Source of the DNA: Thermoanaerobaculia bacterium
Lineage (GTDB): Bacteria; Acidobacteriota; Thermoanaerobaculia; UBA5066
Direction of reading: 5' to 3'
NCBI GenBank assembly: GCA_038245905.1
Contig: JBBRRY010000005.1
Coordinates: 1-64,000, forward strand
Length of the DNA: 64,000 nt
The notes beneath the pieces are model-generated. The model made no database searches. It had not been told where the DNA came from and worked only from the letters and a program-made list of their open reading frames with translations. Shown here one piece after another: positions 47,836 through 57,449 of the stretch. Every line of letters begins with the position of its first letter. Position 1 is the stretch's first letter. Made by a program: the position numbers and the translations under genes.

Positions 47836-49362
47836 ATGTTACAGGCTCCGCTAAACTACGAGGCCGTGAACCCGGAACATCTCGAGCGCCTGCAGTCGCC
47901 CGACTGGAACGAGTGGCGGGCCGAGCGCCCCTCGCTCACTCCGGACTTCACCGAGGTGCGCCTCAGCGGCGCCGATCTCTCGGGAAAGAATCTCGCCGGC
48001 GCCGACCTCTCCCGGGCGAAGTTCGAGGGGTGCAACCTCGAGGGCGCCAGCCTTTCGCGCGCGCATCTCACGGGAGCCTCCCTGAACGGCTCGAAGCTCG
48101 ACCGGGCCGACCTCTCGGAGACGGACCTCGACTACCTGATTTTCGAACGCGTGTCGTTCATCGGCGCGATCTTCCGGAACGCGACGCTCCGAAGCGCCAG
48201 CGTGCGCGAATCGGTCATGACGGCCGTGGACATGACCGGCGCGAAGCTGGATGGCACCGACTTCACCGCGACCGACTTCTCCTACGGCCGACTCCTCTAT
48301 GCGAATTTTCGCGGCGCGCAGCTCGACCGCTGCGTCTTCGAGGGCACCGACCTCACGCAGGCGGTCTTCGACGGCGTGACCTACCGGAAGGGCCGATTCG
48401 ACAAGGCGAACCTGACGCTTTCGTTCTTTCGCGACGCGAAGCTGACGGGAACGTCTTTCAAGGGCGCCAAGCTCCAGCGCGCCGTTCTCCGCGGCGCTGA
48501 GGCGAACGGAGCCGACTTCACGGGCGCCGACCTCTCCGAGGCCGACTTCGAGCGCGTCGTGGCGCAGGCTGCCATCTTCTCGGACGCCGTCATGCGGAAG
48601 ACGAGCGCCCATCGCGCGGACTTCCGGAACGCGACCTTCCTGGGCGCGCAGCTCGAAGAGACCGACTTCACGGGGGCCGCTCTCGACAAGGTCGACCTCC
48701 GAACGCCGAAGATGCGGCTCCCGAACTTCACGGCGGCGCGCCTCCTGGAGGCGAACGGCGCCCGCGCGAACCTCCGCGGATCGAACTTCACGGAAGCCGA
48801 CCTCTCGGGCGCCGACCTCTCGGAGGCGAACCTCGAAGGCTGCATCATGGCAAAGGTGAAGCTCGCACGGACGAACCTCCGCCGCGCGAATCTGAAACGG
48901 GCCCGGCTCTCGGGCGCGATCGCGGTGGGAGCGGACCTGTCCGGCGCCAACCTCTTCGGCATCGAGGCCGACGACGCCGATTTCTCGGCCAGCGATCTGC
49001 GCTTCGCCCAGCTCGTCGGCGCGAAGCTCGACGGAGCCGCGTTCAAGCAGGCGAATATCGGGGGCGCCGACTTCTCGGAGGCGCGGCTCAGCGGAACCTC
49101 TTTCATCGGGGCGTTCGGAGAGAACGCGAAGTTCACGGGCCAGCTGCACCTGAAGCTGGTTCTGGCCGCGAGCTCGTTCCTCGGCTCGGCGAAGAAGAAG
49201 AGCGCTCAGATCGAGCGCGAGAAAGAAACCGAACGCCTCTCCCGGCTCGCCACGCTCGAGCGAAACGCGGACGATCGCGCGCGCGCGATGGGGATCCGTC
49301 GCGACGCGGACGACGCGAAGGAGCCTGTCCGCTCGTCGCCCGGAACCCCGAAGAAAAGCTGA
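47836..49362 (+). CDS. Pentapeptide-repeat protein
   Basis: WNEWR motif, then long A[DN][LF]xx repeats. Confidence 0.92.
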   Translation: MLQAPLNYEAVNPEHLERLQSPDWNEWRAERPSLTPDFTEVRLSGADLSGKNLAGADLSRAKFEGCNLEGASLSRAHLTGASLNGSKLDRADLSETDLDYLIFERVSFIGAIFRNATLRSASVRESVMTAVDMTGAKLDGTDFTATDFSYGRLLYANFRGAQLDRCVFEGTDLTQAVFDGVTYRKGRFDKANLTLSFFRDAKLTGTSFKGAKLQRAVLRGAEANGADFTGADLSEADFERVVAQAAIFSDAVMRKTSAHRADFRNATFLGAQLEETDFTGAALDKVDLRTPKMRLPNFTAARLLEANGARANLRGSNFTEADLSGADLSEANLEGCIMAKVKLARTNLRRANLKRARLSGAIAVGADLSGANLFGIEADDADFSASDLRFAQLVGAKLDGAAFKQANIGGADFSEARLSGTSFIGAFGENAKFTGQLHLKLVLAASSFLGSAKKKSAQIEREKETERLSRLATLERNADDRARAMGIRRDADDAKEPVRSSPGTPKKS

Positions 49363-49366
49363 CCGG

Positions 49367-50809
49367 CTACTTCTTCGCGGGCGGGGTGATCTTGACGAGA
49401 TTGCCCGGCTCCGGCGTCGGCCGAACCTTTTCGGCAGCCTTCGCCCTGGGCGGCTCTTTTAGCTTCCCGGCCGACGCGTCACGCAGCGCGGACGCCTGGC
49501 GCTTGAGGTCTTCGAGAACGGTCCTGTCGACGAGCATCGGTTCCGGGCGGCCCGTGGCTTCGGCCAGAAATCCCGCGACGCCGGAAGGCGCCTCGAAGAA
49601 GGAAACAACCCGCGCCGGAGCCACCCCTTCGGTCAGGAGCTCGAGCGTGGCGACGGGCTTCTCCTTCGCGGCCTTCCCAGTGCGCCGGGGAAGGAAGGCC
49701 TTGACCTCGGCGCGCGCGACGCTGCTTCCGAGAGCCTCCGCGACATCCGCGGGAATGTCGCGTCCTGCAGAGCGCCACGCCCCGTCCACCTTTTCGGCTC
49801 CCGCCCGGAGCTCGTCCGCCGCGAACGAAACGCGCCGGAGTGCGGGAAGGTCGACCGGCAGGACCTTGCCTTCGCGCCAGGCCGACATCTCTGTGTCGAG
49901 GGACTCGCGGACTCGGTCGCCCACGACGCCGACGACGTTGCCGACCTTCGCGTAGATCTTGCCGCCGGCATCCGCCTTCGCGGACCCGAAGGAGACCGTC
50001 GCGACGACCTCTACGCCCTTCTCGAGCTTCACGGTCGCCCACCCGGGAGCCAGGCCGACGCGGGCCAGGTCCCCCGCGGGAATGGCCGGAAACTCGGAGA
50101 TCCGCTCGCTTGCGAGATCGCTCAGCAGACGGTCGACGAACGCATCCGAGGCTAAGTCCGCGACCGGCTTCTCCATCTTCCAGCCGCCGGCCGCGCGGTC
50201 CGGCTTCGACCCGCGCGCGACGACGACCGTCGCGGGACCCTTCGTGATGGTGAGGCGCGTGATCTCGGCCGACGGCGTCTCGAACAGGGAGTGGTTGCGA
50301 TACTCGTCCACCGGCTTCGTCAGGGCCGCGAGCGGCGCCGCGCGAACGGCCGCGAAACGCGCCCCTTCCGCGGCGGCGGTGGCGTCCGTTCCCGGAATCG
50401 CCTGCCCGAACAGAAATGTCTTCACGGACTTGTCCTTGAACATGAGCGTCGCCTTTGCCTTCGGTGCGTCGAGTCCAAATTCCTTCGGGTCGACGTCGGT
50501 GCGCACCTCGCCGACGACATCGAGCCGCCCGAGGTCGCCCACGAGGTTCTCGGCCGCGAACCCGTCCGCGGGCCCCTCGTGATCGCCCTTGAGCGTCCAG
50601 CGGTTCTTCTCGCGACGCAGAAGCTCCACTTTCGGAAGGCCGGGACGCTCGAGAAGGACCGAGACGACGTCTTCGGCGTTCACGTCCACGAGCCTCTTCG
50701 CCGCCTTCGCCCGCTCCTCGGACGTCGGCTGCTTGCGCTCGAACAACACGACGAACGCGAGGAGCGCGAGGAAGACGCCGCTCAGGATGAGGAGTTTCTT
50801 CGTCGGCAT
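49367..50809 (-). CDS. DUF4340-domain protein
   Basis: N-terminal TM, FGLDAP and VGLAP repeats, downstream of GldG-like gene. Confidence 0.8.
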   Translation of the reverse strand: MPTKKLLILSGVFLALLAFVVLFERKQPTSEERAKAAKRLVDVNAEDVVSVLLERPGLPKVELLRREKNRWTLKGDHEGPADGFAAENLVGDLGRLDVVGEVRTDVDPKEFGLDAPKAKATLMFKDKSVKTFLFGQAIPGTDATAAAEGARFAAVRAAPLAALTKPVDEYRNHSLFETPSAEITRLTITKGPATVVVARGSKPDRAAGGWKMEKPVADLASDAFVDRLLSDLASERISEFPAIPAGDLARVGLAPGWATVKLEKGVEVVATVSFGSAKADAGGKIYAKVGNVVGVVGDRVRESLDTEMSAWREGKVLPVDLPALRRVSFAADELRAGAEKVDGAWRSAGRDIPADVAEALGSSVARAEVKAFLPRRTGKAAKEKPVATLELLTEGVAPARVVSFFEAPSGVAGFLAEATGRPEPMLVDRTVLEDLKRQASALRDASAGKLKEPPRAKAAEKVRPTPEPGNLVKITPPAKK

Positions 50810-50816
50810 GGAGCGG

Positions 50817-52325
50817 TCACTTTCTCCGGCGGACCCAGATCGCGATGCCCATGGCGACCGCGGCGAGAGGGAGAAGAAGCATGACCACGAACGCGACCTG
50901 GCCGATGTCGCGCCGCGTGAGCGTCACCGCGACCTGATCCGCGCTTTTCGGAGGAATCGCCACGAGCGATTCCCGCTCGAGGGCCCAGTTCGCCGCCGAG
51001 GACAAGAGCAGGCGGTTCGCGGCGTTCGCGATCCCGGCGTTCGACGCCCAATCCGCGTCGCCGAACACGACGACGCGACCCTTCTTCTTCAAGGGGTCGG
51101 CCGGCTTCACGCTTCCTTCTGGACCCGCTGCCGGAGCGTCGTCCGACTCGGCCGCCGCGGCCAGAGTGACGGGACCCGGGACATCCTTGTCGTCTTTCTG
51201 CGGCTGGCCTGACTTTTCGAGATCCTTGAGGTTCGTCTCGCCCCAGCCGTCGGCCGAAGTCTCGACGAGCGGCGTCGCCTTCCAGCCCGGGACGGGCGCC
51301 TTCGAGAAGCTTACCGATCGCGCGAGCGGGAACACGACCGGCAGCCCCGTGAGGAGCTTCGTGACGGGATGGGCCCGGTAGGACTTCGCGAAGACCGTCT
51401 CGGCTCCCATCATGGGCAGCGCATTCTTCGGGTCCAGCACGACGTCGCTGTCGAGCGTCAGGCCCAGAGAAGAAAGAAGCGGGGCCAGACCGAAATCCGA
51501 GAGCGTGCGGCTTCCTCCCGGAAGGAATTCGACGTCGAGGAACAGGAGGGCGCGGCCTCCGGCGTCGAGGTACTTCTTCAGGGCCTCCCGCTCGGCGTCC
51601 GTAAAGGGTGAGCGCGGACCTGCCACCACGACGAGGTCCGTTCCGACGGGCACGCCGGGAGCACCGAGCGAGGCCCACCCCTCGACGGTGCAGTTGTCGG
51701 CCTTGAGCGATTCGGCGACCTCTGAAAATCCCTCGCGGCTCCGGGCGGCGTCGAACGCGCGCTCCCCGTGACCGGACGTAAAGAGCACCTTCGGGACTTT
51801 CCCCTCTGTGACGGCGAGAATCGCGGACGTGAACTCCTGCTCGCCGCGGAAGTTCTTGACCGACGGATCGCCCCCCATGCGGGCGCGCGCGTAGTCGTAC
51901 TCTACGATCCGATCCTCGGTTACGACCTTTTTCTTGTCGCCCGCCCGAAAGACGACCGCGAGATTTCGAAGGCCCATCTCCTCGACAAACGTTTTCGCGC
52001 GCGCCGGATTGCGCGTCGGATCGAGCGTCTCGACGGTGAGCATCGGGCTCTTTGCCTTGTAGCGCTTGAGAAGCTCGTCGACCTCCGGATAGAGCGGCGT
52101 TCCCGCCGTCATGAAGACCGTGACCTGGACGGGCGTCTTGAGATCCTTGAGGACGTTGACCGTCTTGTCGGAAAGCGAGTAGCGGCCTGTCGTCGTCCAG
52201 TCGAAGCGCTTGTAACGCCTCGAGCCGATGTAGTTCACGAGCACGAGGATACCGAGCCCGAGGACGATGGAGAGCGCGAGCGTCGCGCGATACGTGGACC
52301 GGGAAGGGATCTCTTTTTCCGCCAT
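50817..52325 (-). CDS. GldG-family ABC auxiliary protein
   Basis: RFDWT...YSLS..T, FTSGHGE, VVFGDAD. Confidence 0.88.
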   Translation of the reverse strand: MAEKEIPSRSTYRATLALSIVLGLGILVLVNYIGSRRYKRFDWTTTGRYSLSDKTVNVLKDLKTPVQVTVFMTAGTPLYPEVDELLKRYKAKSPMLTVETLDPTRNPARAKTFVEEMGLRNLAVVFRAGDKKKVVTEDRIVEYDYARARMGGDPSVKNFRGEQEFTSAILAVTEGKVPKVLFTSGHGERAFDAARSREGFSEVAESLKADNCTVEGWASLGAPGVPVGTDLVVVAGPRSPFTDAEREALKKYLDAGGRALLFLDVEFLPGGSRTLSDFGLAPLLSSLGLTLDSDVVLDPKNALPMMGAETVFAKSYRAHPVTKLLTGLPVVFPLARSVSFSKAPVPGWKATPLVETSADGWGETNLKDLEKSGQPQKDDKDVPGPVTLAAAAESDDAPAAGPEGSVKPADPLKKKGRVVVFGDADWASNAGIANAANRLLLSSAANWALERESLVAIPPKSADQVAVTLTRRDIGQVAFVVMLLLPLAAVAMGIAIWVRRRK

Positions 52326-52326
52326 C

Positions 52327-53073
52327 TCAGCGTCCCTTGTTCGCCTCGAGGGCGCGCGTAGAAAGGAAGAGGAAGAAAACGACGGTCGAGACGACGTAGA
52401 GGATGCGCCGCGTGTCGACGATGCCCCTGGAGAAGTCGTCCATATGTTCGAGGATGTTCAGATACGAGAGAGCGTCGCGCATCTCCGGGAAAGGCAGGAA
52501 GTCTCGCGCGACCCCGATGATGAAGGTGCCGAGGATGAGAACGAACGCGAGAATGGCGGCGACAATCTGGTTTTTCGTGAGCGCCGAGGCGAACGTACCC
52601 GCACTGATGAAGAGCGCCCCGATGAGCGCGATCCCCAGGTAGCCCGCGAGAACGGGACCGAGGTCGAGCCCTCCGAAGCGGGAAAGCAGAAGAGGATAGA
52701 GCGCGGTCGGAACGAAAAGGAACAGAAAGAAGCACCAGGCTCCCGCGAACTTGGCGGCGACGACGGTCGCCTCGGACACGGGCGCCGTCAGAAGCGTCTC
52801 GATCGAGCCCGACCGGCGTTCCTCCGTGAGGAGGCGCATCGCGATGATCGCCGAGACGAGCATCAGGAAGATCCACTGGAACACGTTCGTGAAGAACGTG
52901 GACATGAGGGCCATCCGTGGCGTCTCCGGCGAATTGAGCGCCCCGACGAGCACCATGAACACCCATCCGCTCACGAGCAGGAACGACGTGAGCACGAGAT
53001 AGCCGAGAGGCGAGACGAAGTACGAGAAGAACTCCCGCTTCACGATCGCCACGAAGGCCTTGAACGTGTTCAC
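52327..53073 (-). CDS. ABC-2 permease (GldF-like)
   Basis: KREFFSYFVSP, EERRSGSIETLLTAP, KNQIVA. Confidence 0.9.
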   Translation of the reverse strand: MNTFKAFVAIVKREFFSYFVSPLGYLVLTSFLLVSGWVFMVLVGALNSPETPRMALMSTFFTNVFQWIFLMLVSAIIAMRLLTEERRSGSIETLLTAPVSEATVVAAKFAGAWCFFLFLFVPTALYPLLLSRFGGLDLGPVLAGYLGIALIGALFISAGTFASALTKNQIVAAILAFVLILGTFIIGVARDFLPFPEMRDALSYLNILEHMDDFSRGIVDTRRILYVVSTVVFFLFLSTRALEANKGR

Positions 53074-54080
53074 TGCGGCACCGCGGTGCCTTCGGGCGGC
53101 GTCGACGAGTCCCGGTCGATGGCGCCGCGCAGCGTTTCGACTTCGACGGCCGCGTCCCGCGAGACGAGGCGCACGAAGACGTCCTCGAGCGAAGCCTCGC
53201 GAGGCGTGAGCTCGAGAAGAGTCCATCCGCGGAGGACCGACTCCTTGAAGACCGACTCACGAAGGTCCGTTCCCGGCACGCCGTCCAGCATCACACGCGT
53301 CTCGCCTCCGGCGCCGATGCGCGACGCTCCCGCGACACCGGGGAGCTGGCGGAGGATGCTGTCGGCCTCGGGAACCTCGCCCTTCAGCGCGACCGTAACG
53401 CTGGGAGTCTGCGACATCTGGTGGCGAAGGGTCTCGGGAGTCCCGGACGCGACGATCCGTCCCTTGTCGATGATGAGGATGCGGTCGCAAACGAGCTCGA
53501 CCTCGGGAAGAATGTGAGTGGAGAGAAGAATCGTGTGGTCCTGCCGGAGGTCGCGGATGAGCGCGCGGACCTTCACGATCTGCCGGGGGTCGAGCCCGAC
53601 GGTGGGCTCGTCGAGGACGAGGACTTTCGGCTTGTGGACGAGGGCCCCGGCGAGGCCGACGCGCTGCCGATATCCTTTCGAGAGGTTCCCGATGGGCTTC
53701 TCGGCGACGTCGTCGACGAAGCACTTTCCGAGCGCTTCGTCGACGCGCGCCTTGACGTCGCGACCCGCCACACCGCAGAGCTCGGCCCGGAAAGCCACGT
53801 ACTCCCGGACCCGCATTTCCGGGTAGAGGGCGAGCGTCTCGGGCAGGTACCCGAGAGAGCGCTTGGCCAGGATCGGGTTCTCGAGGACGTCCACGTCCGC
53901 CAGCGTGACCCTGCCAGCCGTCGGCCTCAGGAAGCCCGTGATCATGCGCATCGTCGTGGTCTTTCCGGCCCCGTTCGGGCCGAGAAATCCCAGAATCTCG
54001 CCGCTTTCGACACGGAAGCTCACGTCCGTGACGGCGGGCGTTCCGTAAAACGACTTCGAGAGTCCGTGTGCTTCGAGCAT
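53070..54080 (-). CDS. ABC ATP-binding protein (GldA-like)
   Basis: GPNGAGKTT, LSKGYRQR, LDEPT. Confidence 0.93.
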   Translation of the reverse strand: MLEAHGLSKSFYGTPAVTDVSFRVESGEILGFLGPNGAGKTTTMRMITGFLRPTAGRVTLADVDVLENPILAKRSLGYLPETLALYPEMRVREYVAFRAELCGVAGRDVKARVDEALGKCFVDDVAEKPIGNLSKGYRQRVGLAGALVHKPKVLVLDEPTVGLDPRQIVKVRALIRDLRQDHTILLSTHILPEVELVCDRILIIDKGRIVASGTPETLRHQMSQTPSVTVALKGEVPEADSILRQLPGVAGASRIGAGGETRVMLDGVPGTDLRESVFKESVLRGWTLLELTPREASLEDVFVRLVSRDAAVEVETLRGAIDRDSSTPPEGTAVPQ

Positions 54081-54166
54081 CTCTTTCGGTGACCTCCGCG
54101 CGGGGCCTCGACCGGACACCGCGTCGCCGCCGGCGGGCCGCAGAAGCCGTGGGAATATAGCAGGCC

Positions 54167-55081
54167 TTGAGGGAGAGTGAGAACGTAACTGCGCCCCTCA
54201 GGCGGTCCCTCGCCGTCCTCGCCGCGCTCACCTCCATCGTCATCTGGGCGGTGAACTACCCCGCCATGAAGGTCGCCTTTCGCGAGCTCTCCCCGCTGGC
54301 GTTCACCGGCTGGCGATTCCTTCTCGCCACGACGTTCCTCTTCGCGGAGGCTCTCGTCCGGCGGGAGCCCCTCGTCCCGCCGCCCGGAGCGCGCGGCCTC
54401 GCCCTTCTGCTCGCTCTGTCCGGTGTCGGCCTTTACCAATGGCTCTACGCGCTCGGACTCGCCTCCACGAGCGGTTTTTCCGCGGCCCTCCTGAACTCCG
54501 TCTCTCCGCTCATCGCGATGCTGCTCGTCGTCCTCCTCGGCTGGGAGCACATGTCGAAACTCGCGGGCGCGGGCTCGCTTCTGGCATGGGGCGGTGTTGC
54601 CCTCTTCGTCACCTCGGCCCGCGGCGCGGACTTCGGGAGCACCGCGGGAAACCTCATGTGCCTCGGAGCCGCCACGTCCTGGGCCGTCTACAACGTGGTG
54701 TCGGTCCGCGCCGGCCGGCTGCTCTCGCCTCGCGCCGCCCAGCTCGCGACCTTCGGCGGCGGGACCGTCCTGATTCTAGCGTACGCCCTGCCCGACATGC
54801 TCCGGCAGGACTATGCGCGCGTGAGCCCGTTCACATGGGCGCTCGTCGTTTTTTCGGCGATCCTTCCCCTCGCCGTCGCCTTCCGTCTCTGGCTCGAAGC
54901 CGTGCGTTCGCTCGGCGTCGCGCAGGCGACGAGCTTCGGCTTCCTCGTGCCCGTGCTCGCCGGCATCGCGTCGGCGATATTCACGGGCGAGCGCTTCGAC
55001 GCGCGGAAGGTCTTGTCGGCGGCCGTCGTTCTCTCCGGCCTCGCGCTCATCCGGATCGCGCGAACGAAGGGCACGACCTGA
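54167..55081 (+). CDS. DMT/EamA family transporter
   Basis: About ten TM helices; IWAVN, GWRF, GWE and GE motifs. Confidence 0.88.
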   Translation: MRESENVTAPLRRSLAVLAALTSIVIWAVNYPAMKVAFRELSPLAFTGWRFLLATTFLFAEALVRREPLVPPPGARGLALLLALSGVGLYQWLYALGLASTSGFSAALLNSVSPLIAMLLVVLLGWEHMSKLAGAGSLLAWGGVALFVTSARGADFGSTAGNLMCLGAATSWAVYNVVSVRAGRLLSPRAAQLATFGGGTVLILAYALPDMLRQDYARVSPFTWALVVFSAILPLAVAFRLWLEAVRSLGVAQATSFGFLVPVLAGIASAIFTGERFDARKVLSAAVVLSGLALIRIARTKGTT

Positions 55082-55140
55082 CCTTTCCTGGAACGTCCTG
55101 TCTCCCCCGCGCTAGGATCGCGGGAATTCACGGAGGTTCG

Positions 55141-56469
55141 ATGTACCGTTCCGTCGCCCGCGTCGTCGATCTCACCGATCCCGCGCTTAACCAGCTCCGG
55201 GGAGTCTCTCTCGCCGAGGCACGAGCGTGCGTCGCTTCGGGCGACGCTGCGGCCGCCTCCGCTCTCGACGGGTCGTACGCCCTCGTAGGCGTGGACGGCA
55301 TCACCGTGCGGCTCGCGCGTTCGCTGGATCGCCCGCTCCGCTACTTCCTCGCGAAGGAGGCGGACGGCCCGATTCTCGTCGTCGCGGACCGGATCGACGC
55401 CGTGCACGACTGGCTGAAAGAGCACGGGCACGGTGATCAGTTCCACCCGAGCTATACGCGCATGGTTCCGGCGCACCACGTCGTCACGCTGCGGCTCGTG
55501 GGCTGCCCGGATCCGGCGCCAACTTATGTGCGGACGTTCACACCGGCACGAAATGTCCTTCCGCAGGACCTCGACGAGATCGGGCGCCTCTACGTCGGGG
55601 CGCTCGCCGACGAGATCGCGAAATGGGTCGAGTCGATTCCCGCCCACGAGCCGATCGGCGTCACCTTTTCCGGCGGCATCGACAGCGGCGCGGTCTTTCT
55701 CGTCACGCACCACGTCCTTCACCACCTCGGCCTCGGTCCCGCGCGCCTCAAGGCCTTCACGCTCTCGGCCGGGAACGGCCCCGACCTCGAGCAGGCCCGC
55801 TGCTTCCTCGACGCGCTGGACCTCGGTTTCTTCCTCGAGCCCGTCGCCGTCGACCCGGCGTCCCTGAATCCCCGGGAGGCTGTCCGTCTCATCGAGGACT
55901 ACAAGCCTCGCGACGTGGAGTCCGCCACGATGGCGCTCGCGCTCTTGCGCGGAATACGGGAGCGTTATCCGGAGTGGCACTTCGTCCTCGACGGCGACGG
56001 CGGCGACGAGAACTTGAAGGACTACCCCATCGAGGAGAATCCGGAGCTCACGATCCGGAGCGTCGTGAACAACCTGATGCTCTACCAGGAGGGTTGGGGC
56101 GTCGGCTCGCTCAAGCACTCCGAAACGTACACGGGCGGCCAGAGCCGTTCCTCGACGCGCACGTACGCGCCCCTACAGGCATGCGGTTTTGCGGGCTTCA
56201 GCCCGTTCACGAGGCCGCGCGTGATCGCGGTGGCCGAAGGAATTCCGTTCGCCGCATTGACGGAAGGGTCCGTCGAGAAGCTCTACGCGCTGAAGGGCGA
56301 GATCGTCTCGCGGGGTGTCCGCGCGATCACCGGCTTCACGATGCCCGTCTTCCCGAAGCGTCGCTTCCAGCATGGCGCCGGAGGGGACGAGGTGTTCGCG
56401 CGCCTCTTCGGCGACACAGAAGCCCAGTACCGCGCCGCGTTCCTCTCGCGATACATCGGCGCCGCGTGA
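55141..56469 (+). CDS. Asparagine-synthase-like ATP-dependent ligase with degenerate glutaminase domain
   Basis: FSGGIDSG PP-loop, LDGDGGDE, SPF; no N-terminal Cys; GGAGG RBS. Confidence 0.8.
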   Translation: MYRSVARVVDLTDPALNQLRGVSLAEARACVASGDAAAASALDGSYALVGVDGITVRLARSLDRPLRYFLAKEADGPILVVADRIDAVHDWLKEHGHGDQFHPSYTRMVPAHHVVTLRLVGCPDPAPTYVRTFTPARNVLPQDLDEIGRLYVGALADEIAKWVESIPAHEPIGVTFSGGIDSGAVFLVTHHVLHHLGLGPARLKAFTLSAGNGPDLEQARCFLDALDLGFFLEPVAVDPASLNPREAVRLIEDYKPRDVESATMALALLRGIRERYPEWHFVLDGDGGDENLKDYPIEENPELTIRSVVNNLMLYQEGWGVGSLKHSETYTGGQSRSSTRTYAPLQACGFAGFSPFTRPRVIAVAEGIPFAALTEGSVEKLYALKGEIVSRGVRAITGFTMPVFPKRRFQHGAGGDEVFARLFGDTEAQYRAAFLSRYIGAA

Positions 56470-57449
56470 TCGACCTCGAAACCGCGGGCCGCGAGGCTCG
56501 GGACGCGTTCGTCCTCGGCCTCCGGCCGCCGCGAAACGCCGTGGACCCATTCCGTCCGTCCGGATTCTTCGTGGAAGAGGAGCCGCGGCGGGGCGGCGGC
56601 ACGGAGCAGGTCGCGACGGTCCTCCTCACGAATCGCGAGTGCCCGTGGCGCTGCGTCATGTGCGACCTCTGGAAAAACACGCTCGAAGGACCGACGTCGA
56701 AAGGCGCGATCCCGGCGCAGATGCGATTCGCGCTCGAGAGGCTGCCCCCCGCGGCCGTCCTGAAGCTCTACAACGCGGGCAGCTTCTTCGACCGCGCGTC
56801 GATCCCGAAAGACGACCACGAGGAGATCGCATCGCTCGCGCGCGGATTCGAGCGCGTGGTCGTGGAATGCCATCCCGCTCTCGTCGGCGATTCGACGCTG
56901 AAGTTTCGCGATCTCCTCGGCGGCCCGGCGCTCGAGGTCGCGCTCGGGCTCGAGACCGCGCACGCGGAGGCGCTCGAGAAGCTCAACAAGGGGATGACGC
57001 TCGAGGACTTCGAGAACGCGAGCCGCTTTCTCGTGGCTCACGGGGTTCGCGTTCGCAGTTTCATCCTCGTAGGAGTTCCTTTTCTTCGGAGGGAAGAATG
57101 GGCGGAGGCGACCCGCGCGAGCATCGACCTTTCCTTCCGGGCGGGCGCCGAAGCCGTCTCGCTCATTCCCACGCGTCTCGGGAACGGCGCGATGGAGGAG
57201 CTGCAGAGAGAAGGACAGTTCGTCACTCCCACGCTTCGGGATCTGGAGACGGCGCTGGAAGATTTCTTTGAAGGGGAAGACGGACGGGGTGGCGCGCCGA
57301 GTTTCGTTCTCGCGGATCTCTGGGACGCCGACGCTCTTCCGGCGCCTCCCTGTTGCTCGGCCGCCCGCATCGAGCGCCTCCGCTCCATGAACCTCCTTCA
57401 AAGAAATCTTCCTCCCTCTCCCTGCTCGTCGGGCCGCCATCCTTCGTGA
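56466..57449 (+). CDS. Radical SAM protein, RaSEA (TIGR01210)-like
   Basis: CPWRCVMC, KLYNAGSFFD, LEVALGLETA, LNKG; GTGA coupling. Confidence 0.8.
   Translation: MIDLETAGREARDAFVLGLRPPRNAVDPFRPSGFFVEEEPRRGGGTEQVATVLLTNRECPWRCVMCDLWKNTLEGPTSKGAIPAQMRFALERLPPAAVLKLYNAGSFFDRASIPKDDHEEIASLARGFERVVVECHPALVGDSTLKFRDLLGGPALEVALGLETAHAEALEKLNKGMTLEDFENASRFLVAHGVRVRSFILVGVPFLRREEWAEATRASIDLSFRAGAEAVSLIPTRLGNGAMEELQREGQFVTPTLRDLETALEDFFEGEDGRGGAPSFVLADLWDADALPAPPCCSAARIERLRSMNLLQRNLPPSPCSSGRHPS

Noticed and set aside
47836-49362. Qnr-type resistance gene or CRISPR-like DNA repeats
   Set aside because: The repetition is the 15-bp period of a pentapeptide protein far longer than Qnr; no repeat-spacer array was seen anywhere in the window.
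49367-54080. Gliding motility system
   Set aside because: GldA/F/G-DUF4340 ABC modules are widespread in non-gliding bacteria; no motor or T9SS genes here.
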